From an uncultured virus (IMG/VR IMGVR_UViG_3300027734_000064) (lineage: Duplodnaviria > Heunggongvirae > Uroviricota > Caudoviricetes > Crassvirales), in IMG/VR virus record IMGVR_UViG_3300027734_000064: a stretch of 64,000 nucleotides of DNA. One strand, given 5' to 3'. The notes under the pieces were generated by a model. The model searched no databases. It had not been told where the DNA came from and saw only the letters and a list, made by a program, of their open reading frames with translations. The position numbers were made by a program, and so were the translations under genes. Below, one piece after another: positions 17,984 to 27,100 of the stretch; positions within the stretch are counted from its first letter, which is position 1, and every line of letters starts with the position of its first letter.

Positions 17984-19690
17984 ATGGAAAACAAAAACAT
18001 ATTTAGAACAGAAATAGCACAGACTATTTTCAACAACAAGTACAAGCATGAAGGCGCAGAAACATGGGAAGAATTAGCTAAAACTTTAGTTAATGATGTT
18101 TGTCAGTCATTTATTAATGATGAAGAGAAATCAGAATTAATTAAAATGATTACAAATATGGAATTCATTCCAGGAGGTAGATACATTTATTATGCCGGAA
18201 GACCAAATAAATACTTCAATAACTGCTACTTATTAAGAAGCGAAAAGGATTCAAGAGAAGATTGGGCTAACCTGTCTTGGAAGGGACAGTCTTGCCTTAT
18301 GACTGGCGGAGGAATAGGTAATGATTATAGCGTGTATAGAGCTGAAGGTGAGCCAATTAAAAAAACAGGTGGTGTAGCAAGTGGTCCAATATCAGCAATG
18401 AACATGATGAATGAAATCGGGAGAAATGTTATGCAGGGCGGATCTAGAAGATCAGCTATTTATGCAAGTTTAAATTGGAGACATGGGGATGCTGTTAAGT
18501 TTTTAAAAGCAAAAGATTGGCATAACATGGTAGTTACTGGAACAGGTGGCAAAACAATCGCTGATTTAAAAGAAGCTGACTTTAATTATCCTGCTCCATT
18601 AGATATGACTAATATTAGCCTTAATTATGACAATAAATTCTTAGAAGAGGTATTGGTTAATCCTGAAGAAGCTTGGAAAAACAAAGAAAAAAATCCAGAA
18701 TTGACAGGCAATGTTCCTGAAACTTTTTATCAAAATGTTTTGCAGGCATTGAAAACTGGAGAACCAGGTATGTCTTTTAATTTCTACAAACAAGAAAACG
18801 AAACATTAAGAAATGCTTGTACTGAGGTTACATCTGAAGACGATAGTGATGTATGTAATCTTGGTTCTGTGAATATGTCAAGAATTGAATCTATTGAAAG
18901 ATTCAAAGAAGTTGTTGAACTTGGTACTAAGTTTCTTTTATGCGGAACACTTAGAGCTCACTTGCCTTATGACAAAGTTAGAGAAACTCGTGAAAAAAAT
19001 AGAAGACTTGGTTTAGGATTAATGGGTGTTCATGAATGGTTACTAAAAAGAAAATATAGATATGAGGTTACACCAGAAATGCATGAATGGTTAAGTGTTT
19101 ATAAAGAATCATCTACTAAAATAGGTACAGATTTAGCGAAAAAGTTAGACATTTCTATTCCAGTTGCATTTAGGGCTATTGCTCCAACGGGAACCATTGG
19201 TATGCTTGCTTCAACAACAACTGGTATTGAACCATTGTTTGCTGTTGCATATAAGAGAAGATATTTAAAAGGATCCAACAAATGGCATTACCAATATGTA
19301 GTTGATGGAACAGCTAAAACATTAATTGAAACTCATGGTTTAAATCCGGCAGATATTGAAAGCGCTGTTGATTTAGAAAAAGATTACGAGAGAAGAATTA
19401 AATTTCAGGCAGACGTACAAGACTATGTAGATATGGCTATATCAAGTACTTTGAATATGAGCAATTGGGGTTCAGAACATAATAATGAAGAGATGGCTAT
19501 GGACTTTGCTAAAACATTAGCTAAGTATGCTCATAGATTAAGAGGGTTCACTTGTTATCCATCTGGATCAAGAGGTGGACAGCCATTAACTAGTGTTCCT
19601 TACGATGTAGCAATTAAACACAAAGGCGTTGAATTTACCGAACATGATATATGTGATATATCTGGACATGGTGGATCTTGCGGAATATAA
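17984..19690 (+). CDS. nrdJ: Ribonucleotide reductase, probably class II (B12-dependent)
   Basis: FIPGGR, NCY, GGSRRSA, NACTE, CNLGS, IAPTGT, C-terminal Cys pair; no nrdB in window. Confidence 0.8.
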   Translation: MENKNIFRTEIAQTIFNNKYKHEGAETWEELAKTLVNDVCQSFINDEEKSELIKMITNMEFIPGGRYIYYAGRPNKYFNNCYLLRSEKDSREDWANLSWKGQSCLMTGGGIGNDYSVYRAEGEPIKKTGGVASGPISAMNMMNEIGRNVMQGGSRRSAIYASLNWRHGDAVKFLKAKDWHNMVVTGTGGKTIADLKEADFNYPAPLDMTNISLNYDNKFLEEVLVNPEEAWKNKEKNPELTGNVPETFYQNVLQALKTGEPGMSFNFYKQENETLRNACTEVTSEDDSDVCNLGSVNMSRIESIERFKEVVELGTKFLLCGTLRAHLPYDKVRETREKNRRLGLGLMGVHEWLLKRKYRYEVTPEMHEWLSVYKESSTKIGTDLAKKLDISIPVAFRAIAPTGTIGMLASTTTGIEPLFAVAYKRRYLKGSNKWHYQYVVDGTAKTLIETHGLNPADIESAVDLEKDYERRIKFQADVQDYVDMAISSTLNMSNWGSEHNNEEMAMDFAKTLAKYAHRLRGFTCYPSGSRGGQPLTSVPYDVAIKHKGVEFTEHDICDISGHGGSCGI

Positions 19691-19695
19691 ATAAT

Positions 19696-20130
19696 ATGAG
19701 AAAAAAAGAAACAACAAAAGCTCCCAAGGTAGAAGAATCTGCCTTGGTTGAGGAAACAACTATTGAAAAACTATTAGAAGAAATTATCACAGAAGAATCT
19801 CCTGATGTAGAAGAAACAATTGCAGAGGAATCTGCCTTGGTTGAGGAAACAACTATTGAACAAATTGAGGGTGCTATTGAGGGTGCTATTGAGGGTGCTA
19901 TCTACGTACCTACATTATCAAACATTCAAAAGCAATGTGGTTTAACAGTAGAAAACTTTTCATCTATGGAATACTCTCCTTCAGTTGAATTGAAGCTTAT
20001 GTTTGCAGATATTATGGAGACAATGCACAACTACCATATGTCATGCGAAAGTAAAAATCAAGCAAGATATAACGATATTATGAATCATATCTTGACTTCC
20101 TGCGAATTAGTTAATACCTTTGTAAGGTAA
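19696..20130 (+). CDS. Acidic protein with internal repeats
   Basis: ESALVEETTIE x2 and IEGA x3. Confidence 0.7.
   Translation: MRKKETTKAPKVEESALVEETTIEKLLEEIITEESPDVEETIAEESALVEETTIEQIEGAIEGAIEGAIYVPTLSNIQKQCGLTVENFSSMEYSPSVELKLMFADIMETMHNYHMSCESKNQARYNDIMNHILTSCELVNTFVR
19735..19899 (+). repeat. Intragenic repeats: 33 bp x2 and 12 bp x3
   Basis: 19735-19767 = 19828-19860; ATTGAGGGTGCT x3 at 19864-19899. Confidence 0.9.
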
Positions 20131-20328
20131 ATGTTAGAATTCAAAAAGCCAGTACCAGTAGTCGTAGAAGGAGACAAAGATGGATACGCATTGTATGCCA
20201 GCAACTCAGGGATGCTTGAGAATGATGTGTGGTGTGTAGTTCTTTGTGACGGTGGATATGTAAGACACTACAACACCGATCAAATCCGGATATACTTCAA
20301 TGCTACTTTTGATATAACAAAAAAGTAA
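20131..20328 (+). CDS. Hypothetical protein
   Basis: Conserved-looking small ORF (END.W.V.L..GG..RH). Confidence 0.7.
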   Translation: MLEFKKPVPVVVEGDKDGYALYASNSGMLENDVWCVVLCDGGYVRHYNTDQIRIYFNATFDITKK

Positions 20329-20332
20329 TTAG

Positions 20333-20445
20333 CCCCGTTGGCCAGGGGATCGTAAAATACAGCAAGCCTCTTGACAATGCTCAACGCAGCTGTTCTCATC
20401 GTATAGGAGATAGGGTTAGCCTTCCCGACATCGTTCAAAAAGGCA
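20333..20445 (+). ncRNA. Candidate structured RNA
   Basis: Stems CCCC/GGGG, ACAGC/GCTGT, TTGA/TCAA, TCTC/GAGA, GCCTT/AAGGC in non-coding DNA. Confidence 0.4.
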
Positions 20446-20450
20446 AACAT

Positions 20451-20566
20451 AGTCAGGTAGCGGAATGGTAGACGCTTTGGGCAACTAAAAAACAGAATGT
20501 GGAGGTATAATAATAAAGTTGGAAGGTCTCCACTCCAAATATACAGGTTCGAATCCTGTCCGACTA
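20451..20566 (+). ncRNA. tRNA-like element 1 (no canonical anticodon loop)
   Basis: AGTCAGG-TA-GCGGAATGGTAGACGC D arm; ACAGG-TTCGAAT-CCTGT T arm; TTTGG/CCAAA stem enclosing ~54 nt. Confidence 0.7.
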
Positions 20567-20644
20567 GGTAAAAGACAAGGAGAGATGAAACACTCTCTCC
20601 TACTTTTGCTTTTTAATTTAAAAGTTCGTATATTTGTGACTACG

Positions 20645-21061
20645 ATGGAAAGATTTTTTAACAAAATAGAAAAAACAGAGTCTTGTTGGTTATGGACAGC
20701 AGGGCTTAGAGGTAAAACAGGATATGGAGTATTTAAATTAAATGGCAAAACAATAGATGCCCACAGAATATCTTATAAGTTGCATAAGGGAGAAATACTT
20801 GAAGGAATGTTTGTTTGTCATACTTGTGACAATAGAAAATGTGTAAACCCAAACCATTTGTTTTTAGGAACGCCTAAAGATAATTGGCAAGACGGATTGA
20901 ATAAAAACAGAATAAAACGTCTTGGTGGTATTGATACTGAAAAATTAAAAAAACATCCTAGTATAGGAGCATACAATAGAGGATGTAGATGTAGAGATTG
21001 TAAAGATTTAAAATTTGCATCTCAAAGAAATTGGAGGGAGAAACAAGAACTCCTGTCCTGA
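20645..21061 (+). CDS. HNH homing endonuclease
   Basis: [34 protein letters not shown]; own -7 box at 20629. Confidence 0.9.
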   Translation: MERFFNKIEKTESCWLWTAGLRGKTGYGVFKLNGKTIDAHRISYKLHKGEILEGMFVCHTCDNRKCVNPNHLFLGTPKDNWQDGLNKNRIKRLGGIDTEKLKKHPSIGAYNRGCRCRDCKDLKFASQRNWREKQELLS

Positions 21062-21063
21062 CT

Positions 21064-21203
21064 GCACCGGTAATGGGAAGGGAGCCCACGTTAAACTAAA
21101 CCATTCCTGGCTGTCGAGCCGGGCGATCGGTGTACCTAGATGTAAAATTGGTGCTATTGGTCTCTGAAGAACAGGGAACACGGGTAACTGCAAGATAAGT
21201 TAC
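21064..21203 (+). ncRNA. Candidate structured RNA between the tRNA-like elements
   Basis: GCACCG/CGGTGT, TGGG/CCCA, CCTGGCT/AGCCGGG, TCTCTG/CAGGGA, GTAACT/AGTTAC stems. Confidence 0.45.
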
Positions 21204-21206
21204 AAC

Positions 21207-21316
21207 CCCATCGTGGCGGAAGGTTAGGGATATCCCTGACGTGGTAGACGCTATTAATTAACACTTAGTGTTAGTAAGAAATATACAAAGTACAGGTTCG
21301 AGTCCTGTCGATGGTG
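21207..21316 (+). ncRNA. tRNA-like element 2 (hairpin in D loop, aberrant anticodon region)
   Basis: CCATCG/CGATGG acceptor; GCGGAA...TGGTAGACGC; ACAGG-TTCGAGT-CCTGT. Confidence 0.7.
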
Positions 21317-21477
21317 GCAAATAACAGAGGGACACTAATGTCCCTCTGTAAACACAATGTCAGTTCAAACCTGACAAATGAACTATGAAAAGAGAATTAT
21401 TAAATAGGGATGGGTCTCCGATGAGGAAACATCATTCTCCACTAATAGAAGAATTACTTAACGAAATAAAACAAAAT

Positions 21478-21861
21478 ATGAAAGAAAATGAATTAAGAAT
21501 TGGAAATTGGGTTAGGCATTGTGCTGCTTGGTCTTACAGGCAAGATGCTGATGATTTTGAAGAGTTTAACTTTCAGTGGAAACTTGAAGATTTTTACGCC
21601 TTGTGTGAATGTACATTAGATATAGACAATGTAGAGTATATTCCACTTACAGAAGAATGGTTGTTGAAGTTTGGGTTTGAAACTAGTGATTGGGATAATA
21701 ATAGTACTTATAGAAAAATGATAGGTAATAATGATTATACAATTGTTTTTGATGAGTATTCCAACACTATGGTTGGAGATATTTTAATTAAAGAAATTAA
21801 ATACGTACACCAACTTCAAAACTTATATTTTACACTAACTGGAGAGGAAATAACAAAATGA
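21478..21861 (+). CDS. Bacteroidota-phage-type hypothetical protein (ELRIGN...IPLTEEWL...VHQLQNL)
   Basis: Recognisable motif set; ATG 21478 preferred. Confidence 0.8.
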   Translation: MKENELRIGNWVRHCAAWSYRQDADDFEEFNFQWKLEDFYALCECTLDIDNVEYIPLTEEWLLKFGFETSDWDNNSTYRKMIGNNDYTIVFDEYSNTMVGDILIKEIKYVHQLQNLYFTLTGEEITK

Positions 21862-22082
21862 AAGCTGTCTTAGAATTCAATTTACCAGAGGACCAAATAG
21901 ATTTTGAAGATGCTGTCAATGGACAGAGATGGTCTATCGCAATGTGGGAACTAGATCAATGGCTTCGGTCTCAGACTAAACATCCGCCAGAAGGAATGTC
22001 AGATGACACATGGAAAGCATTAGATGATATTAGAGAGAAACTATATGAGATACTAAATGAGAATGCTCTTAAGATTAGATAG
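21858..22082 (+). CDS. Hypothetical protein (MKA.LEFNLPED)
   Basis: Coupled ORF. Confidence 0.75.
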   Translation: MKAVLEFNLPEDQIDFEDAVNGQRWSIAMWELDQWLRSQTKHPPEGMSDDTWKALDDIREKLYEILNENALKIR

Positions 22083-22361
22083 TAAACCTATAGGTTTATG
22101 TTTGATTTGCTTTTGTAAACTCTTAAGTTAAATTTTTGTGATAATGTCACAATAAAATATGCAAATTGTGCGTTTTTTGCTGCATTAATGACACATTATG
22201 GCAATAATGCATGAATTTTGCCACATAAGCCATGCACTATATCGCGGATCGCGATTCGCGATATTTTTCCATAAAGAGTAATATATTAAACAATAAGTCG
22301 GATTTTAGTCGACTAAGAGCAATATATTCAACATTTTTTTTTCCACTATCTTTGTAGTATT

Positions 22362-22703
22362 ATGACACCTAATAAATTTATCGGAACATTGTTCCAGTCT
22401 CGTGACGCAATGCACCTTGCACATTTAGACACTAATTCTTTTGCCCAGCATATGGCACTTGGTGAGTACTACGATGGTATTCTTGATTTTACAGATTCAT
22501 TCACAGAAAAATATTTTGGAGCCAATGGTAGAATTCCTATTGACATTCCGGCATCTAAAAAGGAAGAGCCAAGAGAACACCTTAAAGGTATTGGCAAAAT
22601 GATTGAAGCTGAGATGAATAACTACTCTCCTGACTTGCAAAATATCTTGCAAGATATGTTAGGATTAGTTAATGAGACATTATATAAGCTCACGCTTATG
22701 TAA
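22362..22703 (+). CDS. Ferritin/Dps-like four-helix protein (DUF5856-like)
   Basis: H..H..T.SFAQH.ALG.YY....D.F.E; LQNI..DM......LYKL. Confidence 0.75.
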   Translation: MTPNKFIGTLFQSRDAMHLAHLDTNSFAQHMALGEYYDGILDFTDSFTEKYFGANGRIPIDIPASKKEEPREHLKGIGKMIEAEMNNYSPDLQNILQDMLGLVNETLYKLTLM

Positions 22704-22800
22704 TTGTTGATAACTATCCAAGCGAATTATTAATAAATAGTTATAACTTTGTGAATATACTTGTGTTGGTTCATAGTGTATATTTTTAGGGTTACTTAAT

Positions 22801-22829
22801 AGGGGCCAAGAGATTGGCCCCTTCTTTTT
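22801..22829 (+). terminator. Intrinsic terminator
   Basis: AGGGGCCAA-GAGA-TTGGCCCCT followed by TCTTTTT. Confidence 0.7.
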
Positions 22830-22835
22830 AAACAA

Positions 22836-23009
22836 ATGGGACAAATAGAATACGTTAATCAGGAAATAAATAATTTGCATAGTTTGTTGACTGACTTATA
22901 TGAGTCCATGATGGACAATGAATACAATGAAACAGTTACAATCTGTAACCAGTTGATTGATCAATTGAAAGAAATCAAATTAAATTATACTGATGAAACC
23001 TTATTATGA
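22836..23009 (+). CDS. Hypothetical protein (57 aa, not in track)
   Basis: MGQIEYVNQEINNLH...; overlaps next start. Confidence 0.55.
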   Translation: MGQIEYVNQEINNLHSLLTDLYESMMDNEYNETVTICNQLIDQLKEIKLNYTDETLL

Positions 23010-24108
23010 AAGAGCCACTGAATTATATAATGAAGGGCTTACAAGTGCGACACAAATCGCAAGGCAAATACTAAAGGAGGGCGTAACTTCCGAGCCATTC
23101 GACAGGGTCAGAAGAAACATCTCTTTTCAAATAATAGAAAAGGATCATCTCTTGTCTAAAGAATGTGAGACACTTGGCATTCCAATTGATAGCGTAAAAC
23201 ATTACTGGCATAAAGGTAAGCACTTCTCAATTAATGTCGGAACAAACAAGCCGTTAGACTACAACGATATCAAAGAGTCAATCGTTGAGGAGATGCGCAC
23301 CTACGCACCAGTCTACCCAAACATCCAAAGAATACATGATAGTGAAGGATACCTGCTGGTCATCGACCCGGCTGACGTTCACATCGGGAAGCTCGCGAGC
23401 TCATTTGAGACAGGCGAGGAATACAACAATCAGATTGCTGTTGCCAGAGTAAAAGAAGGTGTGCAGGGCATATTAAATAAGTGTGCAGGGTTTAAGCTTG
23501 ACAAGATCTTATTCATTGGCGGCAACGACATATTACACATTGACACGCCTAAGCGCACAACAACTGCCGGCACATCACAAGATACTGATGGGATGTGGTA
23601 TGACAACTTCTTGATTGCCAAAGCATTATACATTGAGGTGCTTGAGATGCTTGTGAGCGTTGCTGACGTGCACTTTACGTTCAATCCGTCTAACCATGAC
23701 TATACCAATGGGTTCTTCTTGGCTGACGTGATACAAAGCTGGTTTAGAAACTGCGACAACATCACATTTGATTGCTCGATAGCACATCGCAAGTACTATA
23801 GATACCATAATAATCTTATTGGTACCACGCATGGCGATGGCGCAAAGAATGCTGACCTGCCGTTATTGATGGCTCATGAGGATCCTCAAGGATGGGCAAT
23901 TTGTAAGCATAGATATATTTATACACACCACGTACACCATAAGACCTCTAAAGACTATATTGGTGTCACTGTAGAGAGTTTACGCTCTCCGTCAGGAACA
24001 GACAGCTGGCACAGCCGTAATGGCTACACAGGAGCCCCAAAGGCAATTGAGGGCTTCCTGCATTGCAAACGCAATGGCCAAATAGCGAGAATCACTCACT
24101 TATTTTGA
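22993..24108 (+). CDS. Calcineurin-like metallophosphoesterase with N-terminal HTH-like region
   Basis: D.H.G, GND..H, NHD, HGD, H.HH motifs. Confidence 0.85.
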   Translation: MKPYYERATELYNEGLTSATQIARQILKEGVTSEPFDRVRRNISFQIIEKDHLLSKECETLGIPIDSVKHYWHKGKHFSINVGTNKPLDYNDIKESIVEEMRTYAPVYPNIQRIHDSEGYLLVIDPADVHIGKLASSFETGEEYNNQIAVARVKEGVQGILNKCAGFKLDKILFIGGNDILHIDTPKRTTTAGTSQDTDGMWYDNFLIAKALYIEVLEMLVSVADVHFTFNPSNHDYTNGFFLADVIQSWFRNCDNITFDCSIAHRKYYRYHNNLIGTTHGDGAKNADLPLLMAHEDPQGWAICKHRYIYTHHVHHKTSKDYIGVTVESLRSPSGTDSWHSRNGYTGAPKAIEGFLHCKRNGQIARITHLF

Positions 24109-27100
24109 TTTTTCCATTTCCTTCTCTGTAAGGGCTCTCTTCTGTGCAATTTGCATTAAGTTATTTGCGATAGCATTTAATTCTGCTGGCATAAAACCTA
24201 TGTTGTATAATGCTGGAATTGCTGCCCATTCTTTCAATACTTTTTGATCTTCTGGCAATAAGTACTTTGTTATTTTTTTACCACCATATGATTCCTTTTC
24301 AAATTTTCCAGTCAAAGCTGTTTTTTCATATTCGCTTGATTGAATAATTTTCGCAATAGCAATACCAGCTGTTCCCATCAAATCTGTTTCATCAATATTA
24401 TCAGAACTATAAAACTGAATAGGTTCTTCGGCCATTGGTGACTTATATTTTTCTGGTAATTCCCAACCTTCTTTTTGATATTTTTTTATTTCTTCTTTTT
24501 GCTTCTCAGTATATTCTTCTTTGCCTTCGTTTTTATAACCATAATATTTATCTAAAGCAAAGTTTCCAATATCAAGAATTTTACTATTTGATATTGGTAA
24601 TGGCGAAAGCAAATCAGTTGCAATAGTTCCTGAAGCATTTGTCATAATTCTTTTGAATTTCTTTTTCTTTTCTTCTTCTTTATCTTCTCCTCCAAGCCCC
24701 ATAAGGGACAATGACAAATTATATAATAAATATGCTTTTGCTCCATTAATTGCTAAAAATGACCCCATCTCAACTACAAGACCAGCCAATGATAATGCTG
24801 CTGCTTTTTTGTCTTCTGCTGTTGATTGTTTTCTTGCTGCAAGCGTAATAATATCTGACTGCATTCTTGCCTTTTGGTTCATATTGAAAACTGCCAATGG
24901 GAACGCAATCATTCTAATAGCTTGATGCAAAGGATCTCTTGATGTAAATAAGTTGCCCATTTGATTTGGGTTTGATGGAGACTGCTGTCTATCAACCATT
25001 TGCTGAGCATATCTTAATGCATCTTTATTTGGGTTTTTAGCTTCTTCATTCCAATCTACTTGATATACTCTTTTACCTATTCTTTGTGCATAATATGCAA
25101 TGAAAGACATTTTTGCAATTCCAACATCTGGTTTTGATAACACATAAGATAATCCCTTTTTAGGCAATTTGCTAATATCAGATATTGTTCTCAATCCTTT
25201 GTTCTTTGATGCATCCTCAATTATTTTATTTTCATTACTTAATGATATTGAAGATTCTGCACCTCTGTTTGCCACAGCCATGCCTGAAGAATTAATGAAC
25301 TTTTTCATTGCTTTATTTAAAAACATAAGCCTAAATCCAGAGTTTATCAATGTGCTTAAGGCAACTGGTACTGTTTGAGAAATAGGTTGACCAATACTAA
25401 GCAATGCTCTTGTTGTACCAATAGCTGAAGCTACTTTTAATAATTTCACAGCTTTTTCATAGTCAGATTTACTTATCATTGACTTTCCTCTTTCAACAGC
25501 AACTAATGTATTAATTCTAGATTTTAATAGTTGCATATCTTCTTCTGGACCAAGCTTCATAAATGATGGAGAGTTAATAAATCCTTCAAGCTGTCTAATT
25601 GGAGCTGCTGTTTTTACATCAACTAATGCAGCCCTAAATGCATTTGCCTGATTAATATCAAAATCAAAACTTAAAACTCTATTTTTAGGAAGAGTTTTTA
25701 CTTTCTTTGTTTTAATTAATGATCCAGATTTAGACTTTACAGTATAATCTCCAGTAGTCATCCTATAAGCCGAAACATTGTCTGATAAGCTTACATCTTC
25801 TTTTTCTTTACTCGGATCTGCTTTTTTGTAAGTTTTAGATGTAAAGTTTGCATCTCTTCCAAGATCATCATTGTAAACATTTTTAGATACTTCTTCAAAA
25901 TCTGAATAATGATTATCCCAATTATTAATCCACCACAAAACAGCATCTCTATTTGTTTTGCTAGTATTATCAATGACTTCTTGTCCATTTTTTGCATCTT
26001 TAATTAATTTATCAAATACTTTCTGAGCTAATTCTCCTTTTTTAACTTTTTTATTATCTTTAGAGTTTAGCATTACATCTATAGATTGCTGTATAAGTGT
26101 TTTTTGATCTTCAAAATAATCTTCATCACCATTATCTCTAAACAACAATGCAGCAATTCCTCTTTCGTAATTATTTTCTAATGTAAAGAATTCTTTTTCT
26201 TTTCCAAATTTTTCTACATACGCATCAATAGCTTCGTCAGCCATTGTGTTCGCTCTATTTACACCCTCTTCAAAATCATATATGCCAGAAACGCTTGAAA
26301 CAGCTCTATCTTTAGATTGACCAACAAACATAGTTTCTAAAAGTTTATGTATTTGCCAAGCCTGAGCAGCCATATAATTTGCAAATTCTGTAGAAAAATA
26401 AAGCCTTAATGATCTTGATTTCACTCCTTTTTCTTCAAGTTCTTTAGCGGCCTCTGCTCCTATTGCTTTATTCACAAGACCCTCCATTCCTTCTGTAATA
26501 TAATTATTTATGAAGTTGTCTAATCTTTCTACAGCAAGCTTTGCTTCTTTGTTCGATAACGCACTTAGGTCTAATTCTAAGAACTTTTTAATTATACTCT
26601 TTTGTGCTTCAGTTAAATCAACTATCTCTCCTGTTATTGGGTCTTCTCCAGTCTCAAGTATTTGTTTGGCAACATCTTTAATATCATCAAATATTTCTGC
26701 AAGTGTTTTTACAACTTCTTCGTCTTGTTGCTCTTCATTTTCAGATATGTCAATATTTTTAATTGCTTCAAGCATTTCTTTCTCGGTCATGTTGTCAGAA
26801 AGAATTCCGGCATCAAATAATTCTTGATACTTTTCTTTCATCTCATCCATTCTCTTCTGATTCTGCTGTTCAATTTGCGCTGCACTATATTTATTTACAG
26901 CTTCAATATCGGCAGGTGTTTTTAGTCCAGCATTAGCAGCAACAGACATCAATACTTCTTTAGCTTTATCTAAGTACTCATCTATATTGTCTACATCTCT
27001 TGGATTGACAAGCAAGAAGTTCTTAGCCATGTTTCTGTTGCTTGGCTGAACGTCTGCATTTTTAATACTTTTTGCTATTCTCTTTGCTATTTTTTGTGCT

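Noticed and set aside
20519..20644. N-terminal extension of the HNH ORF
   Set aside because: It runs through the tRNA-like element; the -7 box at 20629 supports ATG 20645
20451..21316. Calling the two elements functional tRNA-Leu or an ochre suppressor (TTA loop in element 2)
   Set aside because: No 7-nt anticodon loop on a 5-bp stem; the TTA sits in a 3-nt loop; genes use TAA as a normal stop
22137..22151. CRP site
   Set aside because: The spacer is 5 nt (TGTGA-N5-TCACA) rather than the canonical 6
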